From Nostoc sp. (GTDB lineage Bacteria; Cyanobacteriota; Cyanobacteriia; Cyanobacteriales; Nostocaceae), in contig JBALDB010000056.1 of assembly GCA_036918135.1 (NCBI GenBank), positions 1-64,000 on the forward strand: DNA of 64,000 nucleotides. The letters run 5' to 3'. Shown here piece after piece: positions 49,963 to 61,920 of this stretch; the first letter of the stretch is position 1; each line of letters opens with the position of its first letter. A program made the position numbers and the translations under genes. The notes beneath the pieces are model-generated. The model was not told the origin of the DNA, ran no database searches, and saw only the letters and a list, made by a program, of their open reading frames with translations.

Positions 49963-51644
49963 GCCAATGTTAGTTCAGTACGCACAACTCCAGCACGTTC
50001 GTGACGAGCCAGCAGTTTAACTGTACTACCTTGGGTAGCGCGTACTAACCATTCCACCTTGGCGCGATCGCTGGTAGGATCGCCTTGTCGTCTAGTAGGT
50101 GCTGAGGGCTTGTAGGCACGTCCTTCTAATTGACCTAATTCTTCACGGGGCTTACCTGTTACTAATGTTCCATCAGCAGGCAATTCAATTTCACAAATAC
50201 AGCCTCGTACCAGCTTTTTATCCAAGGCTTTTTGGGTGATATAGGTGGGTAACCAACCTGTATTATGTATAACCATTTGCACTCGATAAGTATCATTACC
50301 CAAGCTATGAACGCTGGCTTGGTAAATTTCTAAACGGGGGGAAATTAACAAGTGCCATACTAGCCACTCAGGAAACAGGGCTATTTCTTTCTCTAAAAAT
50401 TCTGGAGGTGGATTTGTCCAAGCATACATAATATCCCAGCCGCCGAGTTCAATCTGACCGAGTTGGGGATGGTCGAAGGGATACCAATCTACGTAGCCTT
50501 TACCTGCAAGTTTTTCATCATTCCAGCGCAGCAGTTTCAGGTCTTCTTCTACAGGGTGTTCCCGCGACCAATCGACGTATTTGTAATCAGTAATTCCCGC
50601 TTGGCGCTGGGGACTCCATACTTCTACTGTCCAGGCAAATAAACCTTGATATTCATAAGCCCAGTCATCGAATGTACCTGTAGTTACATCTTTGGGGTGA
50701 TAGCGAAAATCGTGAAAAGCAGAAATCGCTGGGTATTGCGTGAGTTCAGTACCTTTTTTACCAATGCGTTGGTAGGTACGGAGGTCATTAACCGGGAATT
50801 CGTCATCACCTAAGTGGGTATAGGGACGGATGAGGACACCACTAAAGGTATGAAAAGCGATCGCCCCTGTAATATTCGCATGTGTGGTGATAAACTCGAC
50901 GAGCGATCGTACTTCTGTTTCCGATGTCGGATAAGAACCAGCCCCCGATTGCTCAAATTCTTGCCGCCACAAAAATGGAAAATTTCGGTTTAAGTCTAAT
51001 CCTTCTTTGGTAGGCTGAATTTGAATCTGAACTCCGTCATAATTTTCTATCAGTCCTTCTGGTAGTAAGCGATAATATTGACCGCCTGTTTCTGTGGGTT
51101 CGCGTCGCACCAATAAGCGTGGTTCGCTGGGGCAGACTTTCCAAGCGCCATTGGCATCGAGGATTCGCATTAGTAAAATCCGGCCATCGCCATCAATGTC
51201 TGACATCACTAACCCGTCGTTGGCTTCCTCATCGTGGGGATAGGGACGAGTGCTTGAGCGAATAAATTTCGGTTTGTCAGCTAATGCCAACTCCGCACCA
51301 TCAGGGTTAACACGCGGACAAATGTAAAAGGTGCGCGTGTCTAAACAACGGGTAATTTCTGGGTGTGTGCCGTAGGCTGTGACTAATGTTTGCAAAAAGT
51401 ACAGGCAAACACTCGACGGTGCTAGTTCAGTAGCGTGGATGTTGCCATCAATCCAGAGAGCAGGTTTTTCAACATCTAAACCAGTGGCAAAATTAGTAAC
51501 TGTCAATAGCCAGATATCGCGTTGTTCGTAACTCTTGCCGATGCTTTCGATGCGTACTAATTGCGGAAATTCCTCGGCGTAACTGTGGAGAATGCCTGTT
51601 AGGTCTTCGTAACGGTAGTATTTATCAAACCGAACGTCTGGCAT
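49959..51644 (-). CDS. M14 zinc carboxypeptidase
   Basis: IHATE, NPDG, DLNRNF, FHTF and TVEVW motifs. Confidence 0.92.
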   Translation of the reverse strand: MPDVRFDKYYRYEDLTGILHSYAEEFPQLVRIESIGKSYEQRDIWLLTVTNFATGLDVEKPALWIDGNIHATELAPSSVCLYFLQTLVTAYGTHPEITRCLDTRTFYICPRVNPDGAELALADKPKFIRSSTRPYPHDEEANDGLVMSDIDGDGRILLMRILDANGAWKVCPSEPRLLVRREPTETGGQYYRLLPEGLIENYDGVQIQIQPTKEGLDLNRNFPFLWRQEFEQSGAGSYPTSETEVRSLVEFITTHANITGAIAFHTFSGVLIRPYTHLGDDEFPVNDLRTYQRIGKKGTELTQYPAISAFHDFRYHPKDVTTGTFDDWAYEYQGLFAWTVEVWSPQRQAGITDYKYVDWSREHPVEEDLKLLRWNDEKLAGKGYVDWYPFDHPQLGQIELGGWDIMYAWTNPPPEFLEKEIALFPEWLVWHLLISPRLEIYQASVHSLGNDTYRVQMVIHNTGWLPTYITQKALDKKLVRGCICEIELPADGTLVTGKPREELGQLEGRAYKPSAPTRRQGDPTSDRAKVEWLVRATQGSTVKLLARHERAGVVRTELTLA

Positions 51645-51783
51645 AATTAAACCTCACATATCCACCCGTCGATCCTAATTTACAATATCACTGATATAGA
51701 AAGGATAGGCATCGCTAGGATAAATCTCCGATCATTACTAATTAAGCGATCGTCTAAATCTCAGCCAAAGCAAGATATTATAC

Positions 51784-53274
51784 TTATACAACATGATTTT
51801 TTGCGTAACTTTCATATTCTTCTTCTCGATTTAAAACCTGTGCTAGCACGCGCAAATTTAGTCGCTTGAGTAATTCAATAGTTATTGGTCGCTTATCACT
51901 CCAAAAAATCATTGATTCTAAAAACTCTTTAGCAGGTTGCGAATTTAGCATACCAGCAATGAAATATGCTTCAGATTTAGACCAACAAGGCACAAAGTAA
52001 ACTGTATCATCAAAAATAACAGGTTGTCCGTTGATTGGCCCTACTTCTACAAAGTTAAGAGTTTTGTAAAATCCTGATATAGCTACTTTCCAAGGCGTAA
52101 AAGTATATTCACCTACACCAAATATAGAAAATTCTGGACGATTCCGATAGATAGAACTGCTACGCTTCAACAAATCTTCCCGATAATTTTGAAGATATTC
52201 CCATACTCTGGGAGCATCAAATTTTAAGTATGTTGTATCTTCTCCAAGATATCGCTGTGTAACAATAACGTATTTCCTAGAATTAGATGTGCGACCATTA
52301 CTGACATCTGAACTTTTTAAAAGAGGGTAAACATAATCTCTTTCTAAAAAATAAACCTTCCCATAGCCATTAAGGTATTTATCTCCTTGACGTGTAAGTT
52401 CCATTACCTTAGAGCAGTCATGTTTCAAGCCAGAACGCCATCTATATACCGAGTCAATTCCTTGTAAATTAGACCAACGCTGATAATCTTTAATATTAGA
52501 AAAAATAATATTTTGAGCATAACCAAGGGTTTGTGATGCTTCTTGAGCATACAGATTATCAAAAACATCACAATTTATTGATAAATTCCCATCTCCAACC
52601 TGCAAAATCAATAAACAAGCATCTACAGAAGTATTAAAATTTTTTATAGCATCTATACAATATATTTGAGAGCGAACTACTCTATACTTTTGCTGCCAAA
52701 CATGAATCAATATTTTCCTAGCAACAGAAGTTTTACATAACATAGCAATGATGCCAGTACGTTCTTTCAGCCACTCCAAATGTTTAATTAACATCCATTC
52801 TGAAATATCAAAATTACTTTTTCCCGTTAATGCATCATATCCATCCTTTCTTTTAAAGTTGGATTTTTGCGGTAAATTATAACTTCCTATCACACCTAAA
52901 TCTGAGCTTGTTATCCAAGGTGGATTACCAATAATTAATAATGGATCGGCTAATGTATTAATAATATTTAACCAATTTAAACTAAAAAAGTTACTATTAA
53001 TAATATCTATACTCTTAGAAAATTTTTCTTGTATAACTCTTTGTTTTAAATAATTTAGATGTTCTATATTAATATCAACGCCAACAAATTTATTAACACA
53101 AGAAAATATTTTACAAGCGGCTAGCAAAAAAGCTCCACGACCACAAGTAGGCTCTAAAACCGATCCTGGTGTTACACCCAGTTTATTAACGACTTTGGCT
53201 ACTTCTAAGGCTAAATTTTCTGGTGTTTGAAAATCACCAAATTCCCATACATTTTTATCTTTATGTCGTACCAT
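51784..53274 (-). CDS. N6-adenine DNA methyltransferase (gamma class) of a type II R-M system
   Basis: FGDFQTP, LEPTCGRGAFL (motif I), GNPPW (motif IV); very AT-rich. Confidence 0.9.
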   Translation of the reverse strand: MVRHKDKNVWEFGDFQTPENLALEVAKVVNKLGVTPGSVLEPTCGRGAFLLAACKIFSCVNKFVGVDINIEHLNYLKQRVIQEKFSKSIDIINSNFFSLNWLNIINTLADPLLIIGNPPWITSSDLGVIGSYNLPQKSNFKRKDGYDALTGKSNFDISEWMLIKHLEWLKERTGIIAMLCKTSVARKILIHVWQQKYRVVRSQIYCIDAIKNFNTSVDACLLILQVGDGNLSINCDVFDNLYAQEASQTLGYAQNIIFSNIKDYQRWSNLQGIDSVYRWRSGLKHDCSKVMELTRQGDKYLNGYGKVYFLERDYVYPLLKSSDVSNGRTSNSRKYVIVTQRYLGEDTTYLKFDAPRVWEYLQNYREDLLKRSSSIYRNRPEFSIFGVGEYTFTPWKVAISGFYKTLNFVEVGPINGQPVIFDDTVYFVPCWSKSEAYFIAGMLNSQPAKEFLESMIFWSDKRPITIELLKRLNLRVLAQVLNREEEYESYAKNHVV

Positions 53275-53279
53275 TTCAG

Positions 53280-53933
53280 TTATCGCACTTTAAAAATACC
53301 GCTAACCTCACCAGCCTTCTGTATAATACGACTATATTGAAGTCTCCACTGGAGGGCGTTTGAGATTGTTAAATAACCCTGCTCAGGTTGATTGTGAAGT
53401 ATCTCTTCGGCTATGTTATTTGCTTCAATCTCGTCAACTGGTAGATTACGATCCATCATATAGGCAATAAGGTCTTCAGCATTACCATCATTTGCAAGAA
53501 TATCTAGGATACCACGAGTCATCTGATAGTCAGCAGTACAGTTTTGATTAACAAAGATAGTGTGCTTCATATCGAGTCTACCAGTTTTACGTAAATGATC
53601 GTCTGTCTTTTCATAAACAAAGATTAGCAAACCATAACCGAGACCAAAAATTTTTTGCCGAGCAGATTTGAATGGGCATGAAGATTGAGGTTGGCGGATG
53701 CTTGTAACTTTCATGTCAATATTTAAATCTGGAAAATCTATTCCAGAAGCCGAGTTTCCTAGTTTATACTCATACAACAAAGCCAAATATACCCGAAATT
53801 TTTGCTCTAGGTAAGTTCCAACAGCCTTTCCATCTGTAACACCAAACAAAGTAGGCTCGTCATAAATACTTTCTATCTCGGAGAAATTCACAGCTTCTTG
53901 TAATAATAAATCAAGTGTTAGCAAAGGCTTCAC
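53280..53933 (-). CDS. Type II restriction endonuclease (NspV-like from memory)
   Basis: GVTDGKAVGTYLE...GIDFP...IDMKVTS PD-(D/E)XK pattern; ends 5 bp before the MTase start. Confidence 0.8.
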   Translation of the reverse strand: MKPLLTLDLLLQEAVNFSEIESIYDEPTLFGVTDGKAVGTYLEQKFRVYLALLYEYKLGNSASGIDFPDLNIDMKVTSIRQPQSSCPFKSARQKIFGLGYGLLIFVYEKTDDHLRKTGRLDMKHTIFVNQNCTADYQMTRGILDILANDGNAEDLIAYMMDRNLPVDEIEANNIAEEILHNQPEQGYLTISNALQWRLQYSRIIQKAGEVSGIFKVR

Positions 53934-54024
53934 TATTCTCTCTTCCTGTTTGATGCTCTATTTCAACTGAAAAACAATTTTACAGTGAGTACCTGCCATC
54001 TTGAAATGTTTTTAAACCTCAACT

Positions 54025-54864
54025 ATGTCTGAATTCCACAAACCCCAACCCTTACTGCCATTAGATTCCAATTTGGATGTTACTCAAAATCACTACTGGA
54101 ATTATCACAATATTGAAGCACTCATAACTTGCAAAAAACCTCTCACCGCCTCCAAAGACGAAGATTTATTTATTACCGTGCATCAAATTTGTGAACTCGC
54201 TTTTCACCAAATGATTATTGATATGGAACGAGTTTTAGATGCTTTCGCTGCGGCGCTGCAAGATACACGAGATGCGGTGATTGGTGATACAGCAGAGGCG
54301 TGTTATTTTTTGGAGCGCATTTTGCGTTTTTATGAAGTAGTGAATACAACTATGCCAATTTTAATGACAATGCGGGCATTTGCTGAGTTTAGAACAACTA
54401 TTGGCCCCACTAGCGGTTTCCAGTCTTTTCAGTTTCGCCATCTGGAGATTATGAGTGGTGTTCGCAAGTATTGGGATGGCGGTACGAAGGATACAGAAGG
54501 TAAGCTGCACATTGCAGAAGTTGAGTTTAATTCGCGCTATGGCGAAGAAGTAACAAAATGGTTTGAGTTATACCACCAACGCAATCTTGCTGATTATTAT
54601 CAAACTCTCACTAGCCGTGTTCCTGGTAACTCTCACCAAGAACGCATCGCCTATTTACAAAATCATCCCTATGCTAGTGCAATTCTTAAGCACCTGCGTG
54701 CTTACGATCGCTTGCAAACACAGTTTCATCAATCTCATTTGGGATTGGCAATTCAACAACTAAAGATAGTCGGTGTTGATATCGGTACTGGTGGTACATC
54801 TTTTCGAGATTATCTTGCTAAATACGACAAGGAAGAAGCCCCACTTTTTCCCGGACTAAATTAG
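54025..54864 (+). CDS. Tryptophan 2,3-dioxygenase family protein
   Basis: FITVHQICEL, SGFQSFQFR and GTGGTS motifs. Confidence 0.88.
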   Translation: MSEFHKPQPLLPLDSNLDVTQNHYWNYHNIEALITCKKPLTASKDEDLFITVHQICELAFHQMIIDMERVLDAFAAALQDTRDAVIGDTAEACYFLERILRFYEVVNTTMPILMTMRAFAEFRTTIGPTSGFQSFQFRHLEIMSGVRKYWDGGTKDTEGKLHIAEVEFNSRYGEEVTKWFELYHQRNLADYYQTLTSRVPGNSHQERIAYLQNHPYASAILKHLRAYDRLQTQFHQSHLGLAIQQLKIVGVDIGTGGTSFRDYLAKYDKEEAPLFPGLN

Positions 54865-55119
54865 CTTTTCCTTGTTTGTTATTTCAGCTAAAACAATAAT
54901 CTAATCGAGGCGGTGTAGGCATCGCTATCATCACTAGGCAAGGATGTTCAAAAGTCTATATACCACTGACGCTACAACCAATAAATAACCAGCAGATAAG
55001 GCTGCTACTTTGCCTTTGGCAGTTGTCAGAAAATTTATTAAATAATTATAAAAAATATATATAATCTAGAAAATTATGCATGAAACTTATTAATAACAAG
55101 TCTCACAATTAAATATAAT

Positions 55120-55146
55120 TTAGCACTCAAAGCTTGCAAGTGCTAA
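55120..55146 (+). promoter_or_regulatory. CIRCE element (HrcA operator)
   Basis: TTAGCACTC-AAAGCTTGC-AAGTGCTAA: 17/18 match to TTAGCACTC-N9-GAGTGCTAA; TATAAT directly upstream at 55114-55119. Confidence 0.85.
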
Positions 55147-55277
55147 ATCTTCACTGAAGTTTAATACCTATGGTATAGACATAAATTCTACTTTTTCTAG
55201 ATAACTTAGGTATTTTTTAGGCATTATTTTAAGAGAAAAAGCATAAGTGATAGTAATTAAAAGCTGGGAGAATCGAT

Positions 55278-55628
55278 ATGAAATATACTTTTGATATTGT
55301 AGGAGTATCTCCACTTTTACAATTTTTTAATCACCAACAACAGATTTACCAACAAGCACCCCATCAAGGCGTGGAATATTTGGGAATGCATACCTGTACC
55401 CTAGATACATTTCTCAAATCTGTAGAATCAGTTCCACCACAGCGCGGTTGGAATCTAGATCGAGTTGTAGATACAGTAATTCAGTTTTGGTTGAATAACT
55501 CAGACAGTATTCATTATTGGAAAGTATGTTTAAGCGATGCTGGTAAAGATAATTTATTAATCACAAGGTTGGCAGATATAACTGCCTTACAAGCTGAATT
55601 TGAATCCCTACTAAATAAAGAGATATAA
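55278..55628 (+). CDS. Hypothetical protein (116 aa)
   Basis: GGAG RBS, clean ORF downstream of the CIRCE. Confidence 0.8.
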   Translation: MKYTFDIVGVSPLLQFFNHQQQIYQQAPHQGVEYLGMHTCTLDTFLKSVESVPPQRGWNLDRVVDTVIQFWLNNSDSIHYWKVCLSDAGKDNLLITRLADITALQAEFESLLNKEI

Positions 55629-55632
55629 ATAG

Positions 55633-55750
55633 AATGGTGTGGAAAAACAAAACTATGTTAAGAAAAATTAAATAAACTTAAACCCTCTTCCCTCCTGCCT
55701 CCTGCCTCCTGCCTCATCCCAACGATAAATATTCACACCGACCTACTTAG
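55633..55750. mobile_element. MITE-like element, inverted relative of 8624-8740
   Basis: Reverse complement begins CTAAGTAGGTCGGTGTGAATATTTATCGTTGGGATGAGGCAGGAGGCAGG. Confidence 0.7.
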
Positions 55751-56093
55751 CACCTAAATCATTCCTAAACAACAAGCTCCCTGACTTCTAGTAAGAAGTC
55801 GGGGAGCTGAACTTTGGAATTTATTTTACACTTGACTACTGATATAGATTTTACTTACGTATATCGAGCTAAATTTTCTCGGCTTAATACTTGTTTTGAC
55901 TTTGGGTTTGAGCATTCTTTTACCCGGAAAACAGTTGCAAATTCAAGGTTTAAAGCTGATAAATACTTGGTATTTACAACTCAGTTCCTCTAAAATGTTG
56001 CGCTAAGTGTTGACAATTTATCAATAATCGAATAACAAGGTGGCAGTAGCTTTAAAAAAAAGCGTTAGTGCATTTCTACCTAGAAACTAATTA

Positions 56094-56366
56094 ATGCCCT
56101 TCATGAAACTTCATACGGAAAAGATAATTATGCCAAAAAATACGGAGTACAAAGCTGACAAATCAGGCAATCAAGCTATTGCTTACAAAGAGCGTCTGAA
56201 TTCTTGGGCGATCGCTCGTTTACTTCCCGATACCCAACGAGAAATTGTTGCTCGCTTCCGCAATCGTTCTGATGCAGATGGTTATATCCAGCATTTGCGT
56301 CAGGAAATCCCGAACGCTTCTTTTATGGTCATCTTTGATTGTCAACGCGAAGAAGCTGTGATTTAA
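56094..56366 (+). CDS. Small hypothetical protein
   Basis: WAIARLLP...IVARFRNRSDADGY pattern seen in small cyanobacterial proteins; start uncertain. Confidence 0.7.
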   Translation: MPFMKLHTEKIIMPKNTEYKADKSGNQAIAYKERLNSWAIARLLPDTQREIVARFRNRSDADGYIQHLRQEIPNASFMVIFDCQREEAVI

Positions 56367-56592
56367 ATCACAGGTTGACTTTGAGTTTTTGGATGGAGGA
56401 AACCTCCATCTAAAAAAATTTTTGCTTTTGTGTGTGCGCTCTTGAGATTGAAAATACGATGTGGGGGTAGGAGTCAAAAGATTTTCCGAGCGAGTGCGAT
56501 CGCTGCAAAAATGTCACAACTCTAGATTGCAATCCAGGCTTCACTTCAAAATTCTGGATTTAGTCAACGAAGAGGACAAGCAGACATACAAA

Positions 56593-56735
56593 TATAGGAC
56601 TCTTATTTGAATGTATCAAAAAACTCCTTACACTTAAGGCAAAGGGCAACAGCCAATAGGCAATGGATAACAAACGAATATGCCCTACTCGCTCCCTACA
56701 CTGTAGGAGTTGAAAAATCAAAGCAAATTACTATA
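56593..56735. mobile_element. Degenerate MITE-like element
   Basis: TATAGGACTCTTATTTGA...TCAAAGCAAATTACTATA imperfect termini; similar end AAAAATCAAAGCCGATTATTATAG near 36737-36760. Confidence 0.45.
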
Positions 56736-56842
56736 TTTTTCTTCTGAAAATTTCCGTAATTGCCCCCTTGCGATTGGTATTTTAGATTATTTAAAAGTAA
56801 AAGTTAGCACAAAAATCCCTGAAAGTGCTGGAGGGTTAATTA

Positions 56843-59800
56843 GTGGTCAAACAGCACCGACGTGATTGGTTCAAAGCTGTAAAATTTTGCTGCAAACCAG
56901 AATTACTAGCACTGTTGCTAGTAATTTTGTTGTCAATTTATGTAATCTTTCTGTGGCAAAAACTCTCATTGCCAATTGTGGGGTTATTAACACAATTGGA
57001 AATGATTGCCAGGTTATTAATTGTCGGGTTATTAGTAGCCACCACGCTGATATTATCAATTTATTTTACCCTGACAATGAAAGCAAGTAACCAGCAGATA
57101 GCAGCAAAAAATCAGGAATTAGCTCACAAGATTTTTGAACAAAAACAACTAGAAATTGCTCTGTGCAATCATGAGAATCGTCTGCGCCAGCTGTTAGAAA
57201 CTGTCAAAGTCATTCCTTGGGAATTAGATTTAAAAACTTGCCGATTTATCTATGTCGGGCCACAAGCGGTAGAGTTACTCAATTATCCGCTTGCACAATG
57301 GTATGAGGAAAATTTTTGGGTCAATCATCTACATCCAGATGACCGAGAAAAATCTGTTCGTTTTTGTCAACAAGCAACTGATAGATGCGAAAATCATGAA
57401 TTGGAATACCGAATGTTAGCAGCTGACGGGCGAGTTGTTTGGCTGCGACAGATTGTGACGGTAGTTCACGAAGCCGGAACTCCTACAATGCTGAGGGGGT
57501 TTATGTTTGACATTACTGATTTGAAGCTGGTTGAAGAAACCTTGAGACTGAGGGAGAGGGCACTTGCTGCTACCAGTAATGGAATTATTATTACCGATGC
57601 TAGACTTGCACATAATCCAATTATTTATGTCAATCCTGCCTTTGAGCGGATAACAGGTTATAGTACTACTGATGTAATTGGGGGGAATTGTCGATTTTTG
57701 CAAGGCACAGATACCGACCAACCAGCACTCGATCGACTGCGGTCATGTATCAAAGCGGGAACAAGTTGCAAAGTGATTCTCCGCAATTATCGTAAAGATG
57801 GCATCTTGTTCTGGAATGAATTGAGTATTTCTCCTATCCACGATCGAAATGGCAAGTTAAGTCACTTCATTGGCTCTCAAACAGATATTAGCGAGCGTAA
57901 ACTTGCCGAAGCCCGATTGCGTTACCAAGCCCTGACCTTTGAAAACATGCACGATGGCGTGATTATTACAGATTTGACAGGAAGTATTATTGACTGGAAT
58001 TTGGCTGCCGAAAGCATGTTTGGCTATACTAAAGCCGAGGTTTTAGGTAAAACTCCCACTATTTTACATCAACCTGAAGCAGCCCCACTGCTGACTAACA
58101 AAATTCTCGAAAAAATCAACCAGCAAGGACGCTGCTCAGGAGAAATAGATTTTATTCGTAAAGATGGCAGTCAGGGAATTTGTGAAACAACTGTAGTATC
58201 TTTACAGGATGAAGAGGGGCAAACTGTTGCCACTGTTGGTATCAATCACGATATTACCGAAAACAAACGAGCTAAAGAAGCACTGCAAAGGCAATTACAT
58301 CGAACCTTACTACTCGAACAAATTACTCAAGAAATTCGTCAAAGTCTAGACACAAGCAAAATCTTTGAGACGGCTGCTACTCAAATTGGGCAAGCATTTG
58401 CAGTCGATCGCTGTTTAATTCATTCTTACATTAATCACCCTATCCCTCTAATTCCCCTAGTAGCTGAGTATAATGTCCTTCCTGGTTGCTGCTCGATATT
58501 AAACTTGGAAGTTTCGATAACTAACAATCCTCATGCCCAGCAGATGATGGCACAAGAAAGTGCGATCGCCTCTCCAGATGTTTACGTTGATACTTTACTC
58601 CAAGGCGCTGAGCTTACCTGCCGACAAATTGGACTCAAATCCATGCTCTGTGTCCGCACTTCTTATCAAGGAGAACCAAACGGTGCTATAATTCTCCACC
58701 AATGCAGCTATTTTCGCCAGTGGACACAAGATGAAATTGAATTACTAGAAGCAGTGGCCGCTCAGTTAGGTATTGCTTTAGCACAAGCTCAATTACTGGA
58801 ACAAGAAACCCGCCAACGTCAAGAACTTACCTTGAAAAACTTTGCTTTGGAACGAGCAAAACGTCAGGCAGAAGCCGCAAATTTGGCGAAAAGTGAGTTT
58901 TTGGCGATGATGAGCCACGAAATTCGTACTCCCATGAATGCTGTTATTGCCATGACAGGTCTACTGCTGGATACTGACCTGACGCATCAGCAGCAAGATT
59001 TTGTGGAAACAATTCGCAGCAGCGGAGATGCTTTACTCACGATTATCAATGACATTTTAGATTTCTCCAAAATTGAGTCAGGGAAGTTGGAATTAGAAGA
59101 ACAGCCCTTTGATTTGAGAGCTTGTGTAGAACAGGCTATCTACCTTCTAGCCCCGAAAGCTGCCCAAAAAGATATCGAATTAGCTTACCTGATAGAGGCG
59201 CAAGTTCCCACTCACATTATTGGCGATTTAACTCGTCTACGCCAAGTTTTGATGAACCTGCTCAACAATGCGATTAAGTTTACTGAAAACGGAGAAGTAG
59301 TACTTTCTGTTGAACTAGGGAGTGGGAATTTAACTTCAGAAACTTCTTCCCAGTCCCCAGTCGAAATTCAATTTGCCATTAAAGACACAGGTATTGGCAT
59401 TGCACCAGAAAAAATAGAACGGTTATTTCAACCTTTTACTCAGGCTGATGCCTCGATGACTCGACGATATGGCGGTACAGGACTGGGACTGGCAATCAGC
59501 AAGCGGCTTAGTCAGATGATGGGCGGCACCCTTTGGGTTGAAAGTCAGGGCTTTGTTGGTGGCAATCCTAATTCTACATGGCAAAGTAAAAAATTATCTT
59601 CTTACTCTGGCGAAGGTTCAACATTTTACTTCACCATTACAGCCAAAGTGGCTACTGTGGCAGAACAAGCTCCCTTTAACACTTTGTTAGTGGATCTGGC
59701 TGGAAAGCGGCTGTTGATTGTGGATGACAATCTCACTAACCGCACAATTGTCAGCTTACAAGCAGAGTCTTGGAAAATGCAAACTTATGCTGCCAAATCT

Positions 59801-60943
59801 GCTAAAGAAGCTTTAGCCCAACTTGCTCAGGGAACGCAGTTCGATCTTGCCATTTTGGATATGCAACTGCCAGAAATAGATGGTATAACCCTAGCTCGTC
59901 AAATCCGCAAGCAATCTGGCTGTGAAAATCTACCTTTGGTGATGCTGATCCCTTTAGGTAAACTAGAAACCTCCTTTGATTTTGGTGATGTGCAGTTTGC
60001 TGCCTCTTTGAGCAAACCGATTAAACAGACTCAACTCTACGATGTTGTTACCTATGTTTTAGGTAATCAGCCGACCAAAGCCGATATGTCTCATTCTCAT
60101 TCACCCTTAGTCGATCCGCATTTGGCACATCGATTACCACTGCGGATTCTTTTAGCAGAGGACACGCTTGTTAATCAGAAAGTTGCTCTCCTGATGCTAC
60201 AGAAAATGAGTTATCAGGCAGATGTAGTAACTAATGGACTAGAAGTGTTGCAAGCGTTGGAAAAACAGCCTTATGACGTAGTGTTGATGGATATCCACAT
60301 GCCTGAAATGGATGGTTTTGAAGCAACTCGGAGAATTTGTCAACAATGGGAAGTTGGTTTTCGTCCCTATATCATTGCGATCACTGCTAATGCCATGCGC
60401 GGCGATCGCGAAGCTTGTCTGGCTGCTGGTGCCAATGACTACATTAGTAAACCTGTTCAAATCGAGGAGTTAGCCCAAGCACTCAGCAACTGCCCACCCC
60501 CAACTAGTAAACAAGGTCGAGTCATCTCTGGAGAATTGCAACCTTCGCCAAATATCCTCCAGGTTCGACAAAACCAGACATTTAATAGTGCCAAGATAGA
60601 TGCCAAAATTCTCAAATCCTTGCAGAATATCCTCAAAGGAGATCGTGCGGCATTTGCGGAATTGATTGAGTGTTATCTTACACAAACTCCTAAAATGTTG
60701 CAAAATATCGGCACAGCGATCGCAACTGAGGATACCCAGACTCTATGGAAGACAGCACATCAACTCAAATCCAGCAGTGCCTCTGTAGGAGCGATCGCCT
60801 TGGCGCAACTTTGCAAGCAATTAGAAACACAGGGACGCAGCAACAAATTACAAAGTAGCTTAGAGATTATATCACAACTCAACCAAGAATATGAACAGGT
60901 CAAAACTGCCCTACAAAAAGAACTTGCGAAGGAGGCACAATGA
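56843..60943 (+). CDS. Hybrid histidine kinase TM-PAS-LOV-PAS-GAF-HisKA-HATPase-REC-REC-Hpt
   Basis: [12 protein letters not shown] motif, [10 protein letters not shown], two receivers, AHQLKSSS Hpt. Confidence 0.92.
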   Translation: MVKQHRRDWFKAVKFCCKPELLALLLVILLSIYVIFLWQKLSLPIVGLLTQLEMIARLLIVGLLVATTLILSIYFTLTMKASNQQIAAKNQELAHKIFEQKQLEIALCNHENRLRQLLETVKVIPWELDLKTCRFIYVGPQAVELLNYPLAQWYEENFWVNHLHPDDREKSVRFCQQATDRCENHELEYRMLAADGRVVWLRQIVTVVHEAGTPTMLRGFMFDITDLKLVEETLRLRERALAATSNGIIITDARLAHNPIIYVNPAFERITGYSTTDVIGGNCRFLQGTDTDQPALDRLRSCIKAGTSCKVILRNYRKDGILFWNELSISPIHDRNGKLSHFIGSQTDISERKLAEARLRYQALTFENMHDGVIITDLTGSIIDWNLAAESMFGYTKAEVLGKTPTILHQPEAAPLLTNKILEKINQQGRCSGEIDFIRKDGSQGICETTVVSLQDEEGQTVATVGINHDITENKRAKEALQRQLHRTLLLEQITQEIRQSLDTSKIFETAATQIGQAFAVDRCLIHSYINHPIPLIPLVAEYNVLPGCCSILNLEVSITNNPHAQQMMAQESAIASPDVYVDTLLQGAELTCRQIGLKSMLCVRTSYQGEPNGAIILHQCSYFRQWTQDEIELLEAVAAQLGIALAQAQLLEQETRQRQELTLKNFALERAKRQAEAANLAKSEFLAMMSHEIRTPMNAVIAMTGLLLDTDLTHQQQDFVETIRSSGDALLTIINDILDFSKIESGKLELEEQPFDLRACVEQAIYLLAPKAAQKDIELAYLIEAQVPTHIIGDLTRLRQVLMNLLNNAIKFTENGEVVLSVELGSGNLTSETSSQSPVEIQFAIKDTGIGIAPEKIERLFQPFTQADASMTRRYGGTGLGLAISKRLSQMMGGTLWVESQGFVGGNPNSTWQSKKLSSYSGEGSTFYFTITAKVATVAEQAPFNTLLVDLAGKRLLIVDDNLTNRTIVSLQAESWKMQTYAAKSAKEALAQLAQGTQFDLAILDMQLPEIDGITLARQIRKQSGCENLPLVMLIPLGKLETSFDFGDVQFAASLSKPIKQTQLYDVVTYVLGNQPTKADMSHSHSPLVDPHLAHRLPLRILLAEDTLVNQKVALLMLQKMSYQADVVTNGLEVLQALEKQPYDVVLMDIHMPEMDGFEATRRICQQWEVGFRPYIIAITANAMRGDREACLAAGANDYISKPVQIEELAQALSNCPPPTSKQGRVISGELQPSPNILQVRQNQTFNSAKIDAKILKSLQNILKGDRAAFAELIECYLTQTPKMLQNIGTAIATEDTQTLWKTAHQLKSSSASVGAIALAQLCKQLETQGRSNKLQSSLEIISQLNQEYEQVKTALQKELAKEAQ

Positions 60944-61899
60944 AAGCCACTCCTCAACAAACCCAATCATTAGTTTTAATTGTTGATGATGAGCCATTCA
61001 TCCGCATGATTTTACGAAATTTCTTGGAGCGGGAAGGGTATAAAATTGTCGAAGCTGAAAATGGCATAGAAGCTTTAACTGTTTTTAACCAACTGCACCC
61101 TGATATAGTACTTCTTGATGCCATGATGCCCGATATGGATGGGTTTGAGTGTTGCACTCAGTTGCAAATTCTTGATTCTAGCAAGCATATTCCAGTATTA
61201 ATGATTACAGGACTGGAAGATGAAGAGTCAGTTGACCGTGCATTTGAAGTGGGCGCAATCGACTATATTAATAAACCCATTTACTGGCCAGTTTTGCGAC
61301 AACGGGTAAAACGCTTAATTCAACAATCTCAGTTACAACAAAAACTCGAAGCTGTGAATTTAGAATTGCAGCGATTAGTTACTATCGATGGATTAACCGA
61401 AGTGGCAAACCGCCGGGGATTTGAAGAGTATTTTTCCCAAGAGTGGCAGCGGATGAAACGGGAACAACGCCCACTTTCTCTAATTCTTTGCGATGTTGAT
61501 TTTTTCAAATCATACAATGATACCTATGGTCATCGAGTAGGCGATCGCTGTCTATTACAAATTGCTCAAGCCATTAAAAATATTGTCAAACGTCCTGGAG
61601 ATTTGGTTGCCCGTTATGGTGGGGAAGAATTTGCCATAATTTTACCTTACACAGACACCCAAGGGGCAACTCATATTGCCGAAAAAATTTGCGATGTTGT
61701 CCGCACATTGGCAATTCCTCATGGGAATTCACAAGTTAGTCCTTATGTAACCCTGAGTGCCGGCTTTACTACAGAAATTCCTCAACCAAATTCTGACTTG
61801 GAAGAAATGATAGCCGCAGCAGATCGGGCATTGTATCAAGCAAAAACAGCAGGACGCGATCGCTTTGTCCAAAATACTCTAGCTACCCAAATGCAATGA
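60940..61899 (+). CDS. Response regulator diguanylate cyclase (REC-GGDEF)
   Basis: Receiver, RPGD I-site, intact GGEEF; ATGA overlap with the kinase. Confidence 0.93.
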   Translation: MKATPQQTQSLVLIVDDEPFIRMILRNFLEREGYKIVEAENGIEALTVFNQLHPDIVLLDAMMPDMDGFECCTQLQILDSSKHIPVLMITGLEDEESVDRAFEVGAIDYINKPIYWPVLRQRVKRLIQQSQLQQKLEAVNLELQRLVTIDGLTEVANRRGFEEYFSQEWQRMKREQRPLSLILCDVDFFKSYNDTYGHRVGDRCLLQIAQAIKNIVKRPGDLVARYGGEEFAIILPYTDTQGATHIAEKICDVVRTLAIPHGNSQVSPYVTLSAGFTTEIPQPNSDLEEMIAAADRALYQAKTAGRDRFVQNTLATQMQ

Positions 61900-61920
61900 G
61901 GGAGATGGGGAGATGAGGTC

